A stretch of DNA of 64,000 nucleotides from contig JAZDCZ010000407.1 in assembly GCA_036679605.1 (NCBI GenBank), positions 64,001 to 128,000 of the forward strand. Direction: 5' to 3'. Positions within the stretch are counted from its first letter, which is position 1. Every line of letters begins with the position of its first letter. Positions 42,101 through 51,748 of the stretch are shown one piece after another. The notes beneath the pieces are model-generated. The model ran no database searches, was not told the DNA's origin, and saw only the letters and a program-made list of their open reading frames with translations. Source of the DNA: Gemmatimonadota bacterium. Its GTDB lineage: Bacteria > Gemmatimonadota > Gemmatimonadetes > Gemmatimonadales > GWC2-71-9. A program made the translations under genes and the position numbers.

Positions 42101-44602
42101 ATGCCGCACAGCGAGACCGCCAAAATAAGGCAATATGTATGGCCGTGGATCAAGGATGGGAAAGGCGTGGATCTCGGTTGCGGTTTCGACAAGGTGCATC
42201 CGAGGTGTATCGGCATGGACAGCATCAAAACGCCCACTGTGGATGTCGTGGGGAACATAACTGATCTTTCCAGATGGGGGAATGAAGAGTTCGACTGGAT
42301 TTTCTCAAGCCACGCTATTGAGGACATACCAGACACTGAAGGGACATTCCGCGAGTGGCTTCGGGTTCTGCGTCTTGGAGGCACTTTTATCGTATATTGT
42401 CCGTACAGGCACTACTATCCGAACATCGGACAACCTGGCGCGAACCAAGATCATGTTCACGATTTCGTCCCGTCCGAGATTGTGGCGGCTCTCCGAGCAG
42501 CCGATCCGGATGTGTGGATTGTCACAGCCGAGGTGCGCGGTCATGAGAGGACGGACGAGTTCCATGAGTACTCGTGTTTGGTCATCGCAAGGAAAGGTCG
42601 CCCAGAACGACCCGCCGTCCTCATAGAGAACAACCATCAGATCGGAGATACTATATCTGCTGCTCCGCTATGCGGGATTCTGCGAGATATCCTGCCGGAT
42701 TGTGAGATCACCATGGGTATGGATAAGACCGCCGTACTTATGACTGGTACTGTGGATAGGATCGGCAAGGAGGATAGGGCGTATGACCTGATTGTCCATC
42801 AGAGGACATCCGCCACAGAGAGAGGAGATTGGCTCAGGAGGACGACGCATTTCACGCAGTTCACAGCCAGAGCCTGCGCCGAGATTTTTCCGGAGGTGAT
42901 CGCGGCGCTGCCTGATAATCCGCAGAAGGCCATTGCGTTGCCGTACCGCATTGATGATGCAGATCTCCACGGACTTCCGGAGATACCGATCGAATTTGTG
43001 GCGATTGCCATGGAGACGCATTCGCCTCGTTGTTGGTCACATGAGAAATGGTCCAAATTGATTGGATGGCTCCTAGATCGAGAGATTTCCGTTGTGGCGA
43101 TCGGGATGGACGCTACTGATGTTCTTGATGAAAGGGTGTTGGATTTACGGGGTATGACGACATTCCGCCAAGCCGCCGCCGCGATGTCCTTTGCAAAGGT
43201 GTTGGTGTCGGTAGACACATCCTTCGTACATGTGGCTCATTCGCTCGGTGTGCCTTGCGCTGTCCTGATGGGTCCCAGTGATTTCCGCACGACCTTTTAT
43301 GATGACACCGTTCCCATTCGCCGCCCCAACGGCTGCGTCGGATGCTACAATTGGACATCGAACACAAAGTATGTATGGAGTGAATCTGATGTTGATGTGC
43401 CAGCCGGCGAATCCCTCCGCGAGGGTCGCCAGATGCCGATGTATGAGAGAGCCGGATGCCGTGATTTCATGTCCGGTGTGGAGTGTATGTCAGCCATACG
43501 ACTTTCGGATGTCTTTGCGACAGTCGGAAAAATGTTGGGCATTGCGCCGCCGGAGAGACGCAAGCTAACGGCCGCGTACATCGTACTCAACGAGGAAGAC
43601 AATTTGCCCCGTTCCCTAGAGGCTATCGTTGGTCTCGCCGATGCCGTGGTGGTGGTAGATACCGGTTCCACCGATCACACTGTGGAAATTGCACAGGACT
43701 GGTCCGAGCGGACAGATATCCCGCTGAAGGTCGCCGAGTTCAAGTGGCGCGACGATTTCGCCGCAGCCAAAAATTTCGCCGTCGAGCAGGTGGAGACGAG
43801 CCATTTCATCTGGCTGGATGCAGACGACATCATGGAGAATCCAATCGAGGTAAGGGATGCCTTCGACTCCAGTGATCATGATGTCTACCATCTCCTGACT
43901 GATCTCGGCCCCGGTGGAAGGTTTCGAAGGGAGCGTATAGCGCCATCGTATGTCAGGTGGCTTTACCCAGTACACGAATGTCTGGACATCCGCGGCTTGG
44001 ACGGGACATACATTGACTCGGCTGTGTTGCACCGCCCAACGAAAGCCGAACACTGGATTGGCTCACTAGAGCGGAATGAGCGCATTCTGAAGGCTTGGCT
44101 GGAGAAGGAGCCGGAGAGCGATCGAGCGACTTTTTATCTCGCTGAGACACTTAGACAGCGAGGGGAGTCAGACGCAGCGGCGGCATTGTATGAGACGCAC
44201 TATGTCCGCAGCACGGATTGGAGGGAATCTTTGCTTCATTCGGCGTATCAGGTGGCAAGGCATCGACTGCATACCAGGAAATGGGAAGAGGCCATCAAAT
44301 GGGGGTTGGAGGCCATCCGCACAGATTCAGCTTGGCGCGAGGGGTACTATGTTGTCGGCGACGCGCATTTTTGGATGGGCGATTACACCACGGCATACGC
44401 TTGGTTCATCGCCGCACATAACCTGCCTAGGCCAGATCGCAGTCTGTGGAAGGAAGAAACTATTTACAGCCATCTGCCAGCCACCCAACTCTCATATTGC
44501 TGTGAAAGGTGTGGTAACCTAGCTAGCGCCATCTCGTGGGCCGAGGAGGCTGCCCTCGCTGGAGGGGATCCTTTAAGGCCTGCAGAACTCCGCAGCCATT
44601 AG
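42101..44602 (+). CDS. Methyltransferase / GT9 / GT2 / TPR multidomain protein
   Basis: DLGCG..SSHAIED; IGD..VSVDTSFVH; NEEDNL..DTGSTD..DADD; TPR-like tail. Confidence 0.85.
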   Translation: MPHSETAKIRQYVWPWIKDGKGVDLGCGFDKVHPRCIGMDSIKTPTVDVVGNITDLSRWGNEEFDWIFSSHAIEDIPDTEGTFREWLRVLRLGGTFIVYCPYRHYYPNIGQPGANQDHVHDFVPSEIVAALRAADPDVWIVTAEVRGHERTDEFHEYSCLVIARKGRPERPAVLIENNHQIGDTISAAPLCGILRDILPDCEITMGMDKTAVLMTGTVDRIGKEDRAYDLIVHQRTSATERGDWLRRTTHFTQFTARACAEIFPEVIAALPDNPQKAIALPYRIDDADLHGLPEIPIEFVAIAMETHSPRCWSHEKWSKLIGWLLDREISVVAIGMDATDVLDERVLDLRGMTTFRQAAAAMSFAKVLVSVDTSFVHVAHSLGVPCAVLMGPSDFRTTFYDDTVPIRRPNGCVGCYNWTSNTKYVWSESDVDVPAGESLREGRQMPMYERAGCRDFMSGVECMSAIRLSDVFATVGKMLGIAPPERRKLTAAYIVLNEEDNLPRSLEAIVGLADAVVVVDTGSTDHTVEIAQDWSERTDIPLKVAEFKWRDDFAAAKNFAVEQVETSHFIWLDADDIMENPIEVRDAFDSSDHDVYHLLTDLGPGGRFRRERIAPSYVRWLYPVHECLDIRGLDGTYIDSAVLHRPTKAEHWIGSLERNERILKAWLEKEPESDRATFYLAETLRQRGESDAAAALYETHYVRSTDWRESLLHSAYQVARHRLHTRKWEEAIKWGLEAIRTDSAWREGYYVVGDAHFWMGDYTTAYAWFIAAHNLPRPDRSLWKEETIYSHLPATQLSYCCERCGNLASAISWAEEAALAGGDPLRPAELRSH

Positions 44603-44635
44603 TGGCCATATTGTTTTCCTAAAACAAGGTTCGTT

Positions 44636-45415
44636 GTGGATGTGACATTGAACATGGTGGTGTTCGCGGAGGAGCCGGACATTCTGGGTATGTCCCTACG
44701 GCGGATCGTGCGGCACACGCGGCACACGCCGATAAGGTTATGGCTGCAGGGCGGCTGCACACCGCAAGTACACGAATTTTGCCAGCAATTCGCTGCCGCG
44801 CACGGCGACATTGATGTGGTCGTCTCACGAAAGAACATAGGACATGGCCCTGCGCTCGACAGGCTTTGGGAGATGTGCGAGACTCCATATTTTCTCTGTT
44901 TTGACATGGATTCATTTCCGATCGCCGACGGGTGGTTGGAGGATTTGGAGTCCAAAATCGCCAGTGGGGCCAGTTGCACAGGGGTGATTGAGAGAGCGGT
45001 TGGGCGGAGGAACAGGTGGGGGGAGTATGTACACCCATCTTGCCTTCTGATTGGGAAGGATGAGTTTGAGTCTCTGAAGCACCCGCGACATGGCTTACGG
45101 TTTGGTGGACTCTCGCCCACTAGGGCGGATGTCGGCGAGATGATAACTGTGCAGATAATGCGCTCCGGTCGCCAGTATGACGGATGGTGGTACACGCACA
45201 GCAGATTTCCAGATGAGGTGCGATGGGGCTTTCGGCACTACGGCGGTTATTGGTGTCACATATGGATGGTCTCGCAATTGGTTGGGCAGAAGAGATGGCA
45301 CGGTCGTGGTGACGCAGAGAAGAAGGCTGGCATGGCTTGGGTGTATGACCTCTACGGCGTCGCACCTGAGCGGTACGCCGAACTTATGGCGGAGTTCTTG
45401 TCGGAGAATGGGTGA
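44636..45415 (+). CDS. Glycosyltransferase family 2-like protein
   Basis: NIGHGPALD, FDMDSF. Confidence 0.7.
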   Translation: MDVTLNMVVFAEEPDILGMSLRRIVRHTRHTPIRLWLQGGCTPQVHEFCQQFAAAHGDIDVVVSRKNIGHGPALDRLWEMCETPYFLCFDMDSFPIADGWLEDLESKIASGASCTGVIERAVGRRNRWGEYVHPSCLLIGKDEFESLKHPRHGLRFGGLSPTRADVGEMITVQIMRSGRQYDGWWYTHSRFPDEVRWGFRHYGGYWCHIWMVSQLVGQKRWHGRGDAEKKAGMAWVYDLYGVAPERYAELMAEFLSENG

Positions 45416-45837
45416 TGGAACCTACTCTTTACATGATGATCGGTCTGCCGGGTTCCGGCAAGACATGGTATGCGAACAGGCTGAAGGCCGTTAAAGTAAG
45501 TCAGGATGAGATGGGGGGTGACGGCCATCTGAGAGAGTTTTGTAAATGTCTGACGAATGGCGATTCTGTGGTGGTGGATCGCGTGAATTTTGACCGTGAG
45601 CAGAGAGATAGGTACATCAGCCCCGCCCGGGCTAGGGGATATAGTGTCGTGTGTGTCTGGTTTGATGCCGATCAGGCAGCGTGCCTGAATCGGCTGTCAG
45701 ACAGGCGTGGACATCCGACCGTCTCCGAGAGTGACAATCACGAGATGATACTGAAGCGATACGCTGGATTGATGGTGTTCCCATTGGAGGACGAATACGA
45801 CGAGCTGAATGTCGTGTCGTTGGTAGATCAGATTTAG
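45415..45837 (+). CDS. Stand-alone polynucleotide kinase-like P-loop protein
   Basis: GLPGSGKT, VSQD, VVVDRVNFD; paralog of 15844 N-terminus. Confidence 0.8.
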   Translation: MEPTLYMMIGLPGSGKTWYANRLKAVKVSQDEMGGDGHLREFCKCLTNGDSVVVDRVNFDREQRDRYISPARARGYSVVCVWFDADQAACLNRLSDRRGHPTVSESDNHEMILKRYAGLMVFPLEDEYDELNVVSLVDQI

Positions 45838-45913
45838 TTGAACCATCTGCCGTGCATGCGCTGCGGGCAGGCCTGATCACCGAATAGATTCCGCAAAGGG
45901 CGGTTTCGCCTTA

Positions 45914-46267
45914 TCACGCCGCCACTGGTATGTCGTACAGGAATATGGAGAGAATCTCCTCGCCGTCCTTCTCGTCGACGAAAAGCACTGGCAGTTCCTT
46001 GTCTGTGTCGTAGCCGGATATGACATCGGCTATGTCGATCAAGCAAGAGCTGTTGCCAGCCACTGCGGTCGTGGGAAGCCCACTGTTCACGGCCTCGCAC
46101 AGATTTTCGAGAGTGAGCATCCGCCCGACAGAGGGTTCCCCGATGATTACGAGAAGTGCCTTGCGTGAGGATGTACCCCCCTTCCATCCACAGTCGTTGA
46201 TTACAGCACGCTCATGACCGGAACCCACCACTCTCATTTTCCTGCGAGAACCTTCGTCAATCATCAT
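45914..46267 (-). CDS. Hypothetical protein
   Basis: AAGGA RBS. Confidence 0.45.
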   Translation of the reverse strand: MMIDEGSRRKMRVVGSGHERAVINDCGWKGGTSSRKALLVIIGEPSVGRMLTLENLCEAVNSGLPTTAVAGNSSCLIDIADVISGYDTDKELPVLFVDEKDGEEILSIFLYDIPVAA

Positions 46268-46384
46268 TCGTTCCTTTCGTGGCCAGTGGTTTCGTTCGGG
46301 CTTCTCCGAGAATTGTAACATTCATTGTCTACGATGTCAAGTATTCCATCCGCGCTTCCAATAAAATCTTGGGTATAATCTGTT

Positions 46385-47503
46385 GTGAACGAGAGAGAAC
46401 GAAAGTTTACCGAGAACGCATCCAAACTGCTTGGACTGTGGTCTGCATATGTCACATCCGGCGGACTGGACAAACCTCCGGCTGCTGTGCCGGACGAATT
46501 ATTGGACTTAGAAGACCAAGTGAGTTCTGAGGTTCCGGCTCTCATCGGCATATGTATGGCGATTCACGCTGAGGAGCAGGAGTGTCTCCCGCAATGGCGT
46601 GCTGTTTTTGATGGCGTGGGAAGTCATGCTGCCCGCACAATACTGTCATTGTCCGCAAAGCTGGCTCTGAAGTCTCCGGATGCGGTCATGAAAATCATCC
46701 CATTGGCCACTGGATTAGCGAAATGGGCTGGCGCGGGCAAGGAGACGCTTTTGCGGGGCATGGGGTGTATGACTGCTATGACCTTGATGCGCAGCGGAAG
46801 CGCGATCGCCCCTAGTGGCACACTAAAGGAGATGGTGCGCGACGGAGCTGTGTGGTCCGTGCTTTTCCCGGGCAGTGACCCAACGCCCGTAGGTATGGCG
46901 ACGCTTGGGTCGGCGCTGGCGACGCATGTCTTCCCAGAGGGCGACGCTTGGGCAGATTTTGTCGGCGCGCCGGAACCGGAGCTTTTCAGTGGCTGGGCGG
47001 CTTACTTGTATGGCGGCGGATTGGATAAACCTGTCGCGTCAGTGCATTTCTCGTTGACAGGCATACTGGGCCAAGGTGCACAACTTGTGGACGCAGCCAC
47101 ATCATCTGTGATATCTGCGGCGATATGCCTCGCCGCCAATGATTTGGGAGACGATTCGACCGATTTGCTCAAGGTTACGGAGATGTGCGTGCGAGAGGCG
47201 GCTGGAGACATAGAAAAATTGCTTGTCATTCTATCGGAGAGGATTGGCTCGTTCTCACAGTTGTCCGTTAAGGTAGGAAGAGAAGAATCATACGGTGCGT
47301 CAGGGTGCCTCACAGCTTTGGTATTATGGCAGGCCGGACTTATGGAATGTCTCGATCCGCACCACACTCTCAGGAGAATGGCGGTGTCGCAGGATACACG
47401 ATTCGCCGCCAAGAGCAAAGTGTACACCATCGGTGAGTTTTCGCGCATGCAGGGAGATGTGCTGCGTGACATGCGGAGAGACGACGATGCCGAGGATTCC
47501 TAA
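46385..47503 (+). CDS. Hypothetical protein with two W-x-x-Y-x-x-x-GGLDKP repeats
   Basis: Internal duplication; TATAAT + 5 nt + GTG. Confidence 0.65.
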   Translation: MNERERKFTENASKLLGLWSAYVTSGGLDKPPAAVPDELLDLEDQVSSEVPALIGICMAIHAEEQECLPQWRAVFDGVGSHAARTILSLSAKLALKSPDAVMKIIPLATGLAKWAGAGKETLLRGMGCMTAMTLMRSGSAIAPSGTLKEMVRDGAVWSVLFPGSDPTPVGMATLGSALATHVFPEGDAWADFVGAPEPELFSGWAAYLYGGGLDKPVASVHFSLTGILGQGAQLVDAATSSVISAAICLAANDLGDDSTDLLKVTEMCVREAAGDIEKLLVILSERIGSFSQLSVKVGREESYGASGCLTALVLWQAGLMECLDPHHTLRRMAVSQDTRFAAKSKVYTIGEFSRMQGDVLRDMRRDDDAEDS

Positions 47504-47585
47504 TCCTGCATGTCGTTGGTGCGAAGGCACTGACATCACACTCCACGAGCCCCCCTAGACTGAATTGCTTCGACGGTAGAATGAG

Positions 47586-48215
47586 ATGATGTTAAGAGCA
47601 AACAAATTGATATCTGCTGTGACCGCTCTGATCCTCATGCGGCTGGTTGCAGCGGCGAGGGTTTTGTCAGGGCTAGCTGCTTTGCTTTGTTTCCGCAGGC
47701 CGAAGTCGATATTCGCTGCTCCACCAGATGACTCGACGGACGAAGTAAGTTGTGCCAGTCACCCTATTAAGCCGTCGGATGAGACGCAGACCACTCCGCA
47801 GGATGATACATATGCCCCGCCGGCGGATGCTTGGAGAGAACCCGCTCGCTGGCCTCTCACAGAGGCCGTACTGTTGCAGGCTAAAAAGGAAATAGCCGAT
47901 ATATTGCCTAGATGGTCGATTGATATCGATGCGTTCGACTTGTTCGCATCTCGATGTCAGGAGTTCGTCCTGCGGGCAGAAACGCCGAAGGAATGGGGTT
48001 GGAGGTGCCTTGGATCGGATAAGTATGTCGTGGAAGGCCAACCTAAACAAGTGATGGGTGCACGGTTTTCTGTGTCACATACCTGCATTCACGCGATGCG
48101 GGATGATTCATATCTAGCGCAGCACATAATCGGAAAGCTCTGTGGGTTCGCTCATGACATTCGGCGGGAGGTACTACCGCCTTCTTCGGAAATACTGCCT
48201 CCACTATACCATTAA
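47586..48215 (+). CDS. Hypothetical protein
   Basis: 209-aa ORF with hydrophobic N-terminus. Confidence 0.5.
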   Translation: MMLRANKLISAVTALILMRLVAAARVLSGLAALLCFRRPKSIFAAPPDDSTDEVSCASHPIKPSDETQTTPQDDTYAPPADAWREPARWPLTEAVLLQAKKEIADILPRWSIDIDAFDLFASRCQEFVLRAETPKEWGWRCLGSDKYVVEGQPKQVMGARFSVSHTCIHAMRDDSYLAQHIIGKLCGFAHDIRREVLPPSSEILPPLYH

Positions 48216-48689
48216 TAGCTCTATTTGGGCAGTTCGATTTCGACTTGTTTGCAGTTCTGTAGCAACTGCCTCGTCCCAAGGTACATTGCTTATATATCAC
48301 CGAAGAGGCAAATAGTGCTGCGGTATGACAAGCCTGGACTCACGCTAATAGGCGATGTCCACTCGAACAGCAGCGAGTCGCGTGGAGCGAAATTCGGGTC
48401 GAGAAACGTTGGATTGTCCAAGCAGAACCCGTCAAGCTCCTCTGAGTTATCCTTGATCCCGAGCCACCCTCTTGTCCGGAATCTCACAACACCGTCCTGC
48501 ACGAAGCGAATCAGCATGGAACCGCGTTGATCTTAAGGGGTCGCACATCCGCGTCACCTTATAGTCCCCCACCCCTTCTCCCATGACAGGTTGTCGGCCT
48601 TGATCATGCCTACGCCATCCCAGGCGTGACGAGAATCTCGCCGTCGAGTTCAAACCTGCGGAATGTTTCCGGTATGTCCACTCAAACAT
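48215..48689 (-). pseudogene. Fragmented Rnl1-type RNA ligase
   Basis: Frameshifted KIN/GSMLIR..FRTRG..LLFEWTSP motifs. Confidence 0.5.
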
Positions 48690-48963
48690 CCCCTGCTTCA
48701 GTTTTCTTCACATCTTCGTATGGTGCAACGATCCTCCGACTAAGTTCGCTTTTCGCGCAGTCTAAGGCACCGATCACAGCGTTCAGGCGGGCATAGCGGC
48801 ACTCCCCCCCCCCATGGCCGCAGAGCTGCCAAGTGAGCCTAGAGACAATGTAGTTAAGCGGTCCGACCATGGCATCGTTTGAACCGAGAGATCTTAGCTT
48901 CTCGGACAGTTCGTCCACCAAAATGTCGTATTTGGCTCTATTCTCCTGTGGTATGTATGGCAT
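48682..48963 (-). CDS. Small phage-type hypothetical protein
   Basis: MPYIPQENR..LNY..GALDCAKSEL.RR.VAPYED; TATAAT and AGGAGG. Confidence 0.7.
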   Translation of the reverse strand: MPYIPQENRAKYDILVDELSEKLRSLGSNDAMVGPLNYIVSRLTWQLCGHGGGECRYARLNAVIGALDCAKSELSRRIVAPYEDVKKTEAGDV

Positions 48964-49235
48964 AACGCCTCCTTTCAGGACATTATACCTGTCTCCGCGA
49001 GGCTGTCCTCTAACTGTCCTCCTGGTTATAGGTAGGACACACTCGTAGGTTCCTGCTTCAACGAGGCATGGTTTCACTGTTCAAGCCTTAACCCAAACCA
49101 AGACCAAACACACTCAAGTAGGACAGTCAGGGCTGCCCTTTGTGGAATCTTACGCGTCCCATCCCCTTCGGCCAACCAATCCGGGTGGATTTCCGTCGGC
49201 GAGGGGCCTATAAGTATATATGGAGGCTTTCCAAA

Positions 49236-50108
49236 ATGTTCGGCAAACATGAGATCGGCAAATTCAGGGCTTGGATGGATTATTTGAAGGGCGGCGGTCT
49301 TGACCGCCCTGCGGCGTCCATCCCGTTTGACCTGATATCCACAGATGGTGCCACCGATGACACGATACTTTTCCTAGCGAGCATGCTCACCATGGCCGCC
49401 TTTTCTGGGCCACCCGCTGCCGAGGAAGCGATGGAAGGGTTTATGCGCGATCCGGAGAACTTCGCGTCGGAGATAGATGGCGAGATCAAGGAGAAGATGG
49501 CCTCGGCGCAGGACGCGATGGACAGCATGCGATCCACCGAGGAGACACTCTTATCCGTCACGACCCTCCTGCACCTATTCGGCTTGTGGCAGGAGGGCCA
49601 AACGAAATTGCTGCATCCGGCCTATACGCTCAGAAAATTGATCCTGGATCCCGACGAGGGCGAATGGCTTGCCAGTAGTAGATGGATGAATGCAGACGAA
49701 GATAACAATCCTACAATGCTTACCCTTTCCGCCACAGAAGAGTTGGTTACATCGGAGCTGATGAAGTTCGGCGTCGGCCTACTGCTCCCATTGTCTGACA
49801 ACCTGCCGTTCGATCTTGTGCTACATTGGGAGGGGCGGATGTTTCGGGCGAAGCTCAGACAGGCAAAGAGGAAGGACACATCGACGCGTTTTTCACTTCC
49901 GACTGACTCAGATTGCGATATCATAGTGTTGTGTGACGGCGAATCGGTCTATCTCTTGAAGCCGAAGGAGTTCAAAGGCCGCCATGGGTTTACTATCCGT
50001 CATCGCCCGACGAAGAATGGTCGCTCGAAGGGTTGCAATTTCCACGAGGATTTCGTGGTGTCTGCGAAAAGAGTCAAGAGCGTCCTTACCTCCGGTCACC
50101 GCCGCTAG
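49236..50108 (+). CDS. GGLDRP-domain protein fused to PD-(D/E)XK-like nuclease fold
   Basis: EELVTSELMKFG..PLSDNLPFDLV..FRAKLR; GGAGG RBS. Confidence 0.65.
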   Translation: MFGKHEIGKFRAWMDYLKGGGLDRPAASIPFDLISTDGATDDTILFLASMLTMAAFSGPPAAEEAMEGFMRDPENFASEIDGEIKEKMASAQDAMDSMRSTEETLLSVTTLLHLFGLWQEGQTKLLHPAYTLRKLILDPDEGEWLASSRWMNADEDNNPTMLTLSATEELVTSELMKFGVGLLLPLSDNLPFDLVLHWEGRMFRAKLRQAKRKDTSTRFSLPTDSDCDIIVLCDGESVYLLKPKEFKGRHGFTIRHRPTKNGRSKGCNFHEDFVVSAKRVKSVLTSGHRR

Positions 50109-50209
50109 AATATAGCACGGGGTCGTTTTCCACTCTGAGGATAGCCACTGGGCAGCCGACCCTTTCCTTGCGCTGGGTTTGATGTTGTCTTTCCGCCGCG
50201 CGGTTCAAT

Positions 50210-51103
50210 ATGAGCAAATACCATCTCGCCGCCGTAGCTCTCACCAGACCCGCCGAGGAGGATTTGACCGCCGTCAGGGACGCCGTGGCGAAGGCCAAGA
50301 AATGGACATCGGACTCATTGCGCCGTCTGGACATCCATGACACCGTCACTGTAAAGGTGAAACGGTTCGCTAAGTCGCCGAACTGGCTGGCCATGTACAG
50401 GTCGAATTCGCAGTTCGGCCGCAACCCTATATTCTGGATCAACGAGAACATCCTCGGCGTCCTGCGCGACGAGGATGTGTTGGACTCTGAGCTGCTCAAG
50501 GTGGTGTACGACAGTCTGCTGCACGAGTATGGCCATGTCGTATGGGAATGGGCCAGGACACGGGATTCTGAGACTTACGACATGCTGTTGAACGGCTTCT
50601 GGGATGACGAGGAGGAGTTCGCCGAGGGGTTCGTGCAGTTCGCGCTAAACGGCCTCGGAGAGAAGGGATATAGGCCAGTCGTCGAGGCGTTCGCCGAGAA
50701 GGTGTTCACCCCCGCCGCGTCCGCTGAGGGCGGCCTACTTCGGCTGGAGTGTCTCTGTGCGGACGACTTCGGTGCTAGGTACAAGGACGGCGACTTGACT
50801 GATGATGACGCAGCGCACATCGAGAACTATGAGGAGACGCGGGCGGCGCAGCTCGCGATGGCCGAGGAGGCCCGGTCGCGAGGGATTGAATGTTATGTGT
50901 CGGACAGCGACGACAAGGACTCCCACCATTCCGATGCGTATATTTATTTCCCGTCCGGCCGCATGGCCGAGGTGGCGGAGATACTCGCCTCCGTCGGCCT
51001 CGATGGCGATGTGCTTGATGTGCCGGAGTGGTTCACCGACGAGAAACAGATATACGGCTGGATCGTGGAGAAGCATGAGAAGCCGGATTGGCACGGCGCT
51101 TGA
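50210..51103 (+). CDS. Hypothetical protein with HExxH motif
   Basis: LLHEYGH..EEEFAEGF. Confidence 0.6.
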   Translation: MSKYHLAAVALTRPAEEDLTAVRDAVAKAKKWTSDSLRRLDIHDTVTVKVKRFAKSPNWLAMYRSNSQFGRNPIFWINENILGVLRDEDVLDSELLKVVYDSLLHEYGHVVWEWARTRDSETYDMLLNGFWDDEEEFAEGFVQFALNGLGEKGYRPVVEAFAEKVFTPAASAEGGLLRLECLCADDFGARYKDGDLTDDDAAHIENYEETRAAQLAMAEEARSRGIECYVSDSDDKDSHHSDAYIYFPSGRMAEVAEILASVGLDGDVLDVPEWFTDEKQIYGWIVEKHEKPDWHGA

Positions 51104-51128
51104 CTTTCGGTTCCGCGTATGCTATATT
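51100..51128 (+). promoter_or_regulatory. Sigma70-type promoter of tRNA operon
   Basis: TTGACT-17 nt-TATATT with extended TG. Confidence 0.75.
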
Positions 51129-51146
51129 AGAGTTGGAGAAAGTATT

Positions 51147-51212
51147 ATGTTGATGATCGCAGCAACCCGTGAACAAGAGCAGGCCGCCGAAGCGAGGGGG
51201 GTCTCCGGGTAA
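51147..51212 (+). CDS. Leader peptide MLMIAATREQEQAAEARGVSG
   Basis: GGAG RBS; run GAA CAA GAG CAG GCC GCC GAA GCG matches downstream tRNAs. Confidence 0.75.
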   Translation: MLMIAATREQEQAAEARGVSG

Positions 51213-51270
51213 GCTGCACTTACATGGCGAAGTGAACCAGCCCTGGAGACGCGAGTCTCGGGGCTTTTTT
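51201..51270 (+). promoter_or_regulatory. Attenuator: antiterminator 51201-51209 and terminator 51239-51270
   Basis: GTCTCCGGG pairs with CCTGGAGAC, the 5' arm of AGCCCTGGAGAC-GCGA-GTCTCGGGGCT-TTTTT. Confidence 0.75.
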
Positions 51271-51275
51271 ATTGC

Positions 51276-51347
51276 GCCCCCATCGTCTAGTGGCTAGGAC
51301 GCCAGTCCCTCAAGCTGGAAACACGGGTTCAAGTCCCGTTGGGAGCA
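51276..51347 (+). tRNA. tRNA-Glu(CTC), C33
   Basis: Cloverleaf; anticodon arm CCAGT-CCCTCAA-GCTGG; no encoded CCA. Confidence 0.85.
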
Positions 51348-51352
51348 TTTTC

Positions 51353-51425
51353 GGGGCCATATCTCAGTCGGGAGAGCGCTTCCTCGGCAAGGAAGAGGTC
51401 AAGGGTTCGAATCCCTTTGGTTCCA
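51353..51425 (+). tRNA. tRNA-Ala(GGC), C33
   Basis: G3:U70; CTTCC-TCGGCAA-GGAAG. Confidence 0.85.
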
Positions 51426-51429
51426 TTGT

Positions 51430-51595
51430 TGGGCCGTAGCAGAACGCCCAGTTAGGAGGTCAAGACAGAGCGACATCACGCGCGGACAGAGAGCGTAACA
51501 GAGGCACTGTGGCAAGCCGCCGGAGTGGTGGTGGGACACCTTCGGTGTGCTGCGCGCGGGACTCAGTGATTCGGGTTCAAGTCCCAGTGGTTCAG
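51430..51595 (+). ncRNA. tRNA-like RNA with ~100-nt insertion
   Basis: Acceptor TGGGCCG/TGGTTCA, T loop GGTTCAAGTCC, internal cUUCGg hairpin. Confidence 0.5.
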
Positions 51596-51599
51596 TAGA

Positions 51600-51673
51600 G
51601 GGGTCGTAGCTCAACACGGGAGAGTGCCTGCCTCGCAAGCAGGAGGTTGGCGGTTCGAGTCCGCCCGATTCCA
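51600..51673 (+). tRNA. tRNA-Ala(CGC)
   Basis: G3:U70; CCTGC-CTCGCAA-GCAGG. Confidence 0.9.
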
Positions 51674-51674
51674 T

Positions 51675-51746
51675 TGCCTTGTGGTGTAACTGGTAACACA
51701 GATGGCTTTGAACCATCCGTTTCGGGTTCGAGTCCCGGTGAGGCAG
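51675..51746 (+). tRNA. tRNA-Gln(TTG)
   Basis: U1:A72; GATGG-CTTTGAA-CCATC. Confidence 0.9.
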
Positions 51747-51748
51747 CA

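Noticed and set aside
48804..48813. C10 tract as a phase-variation switch
   Set aside because: In frame (Gly codons); no evidence of variation from one sequence.
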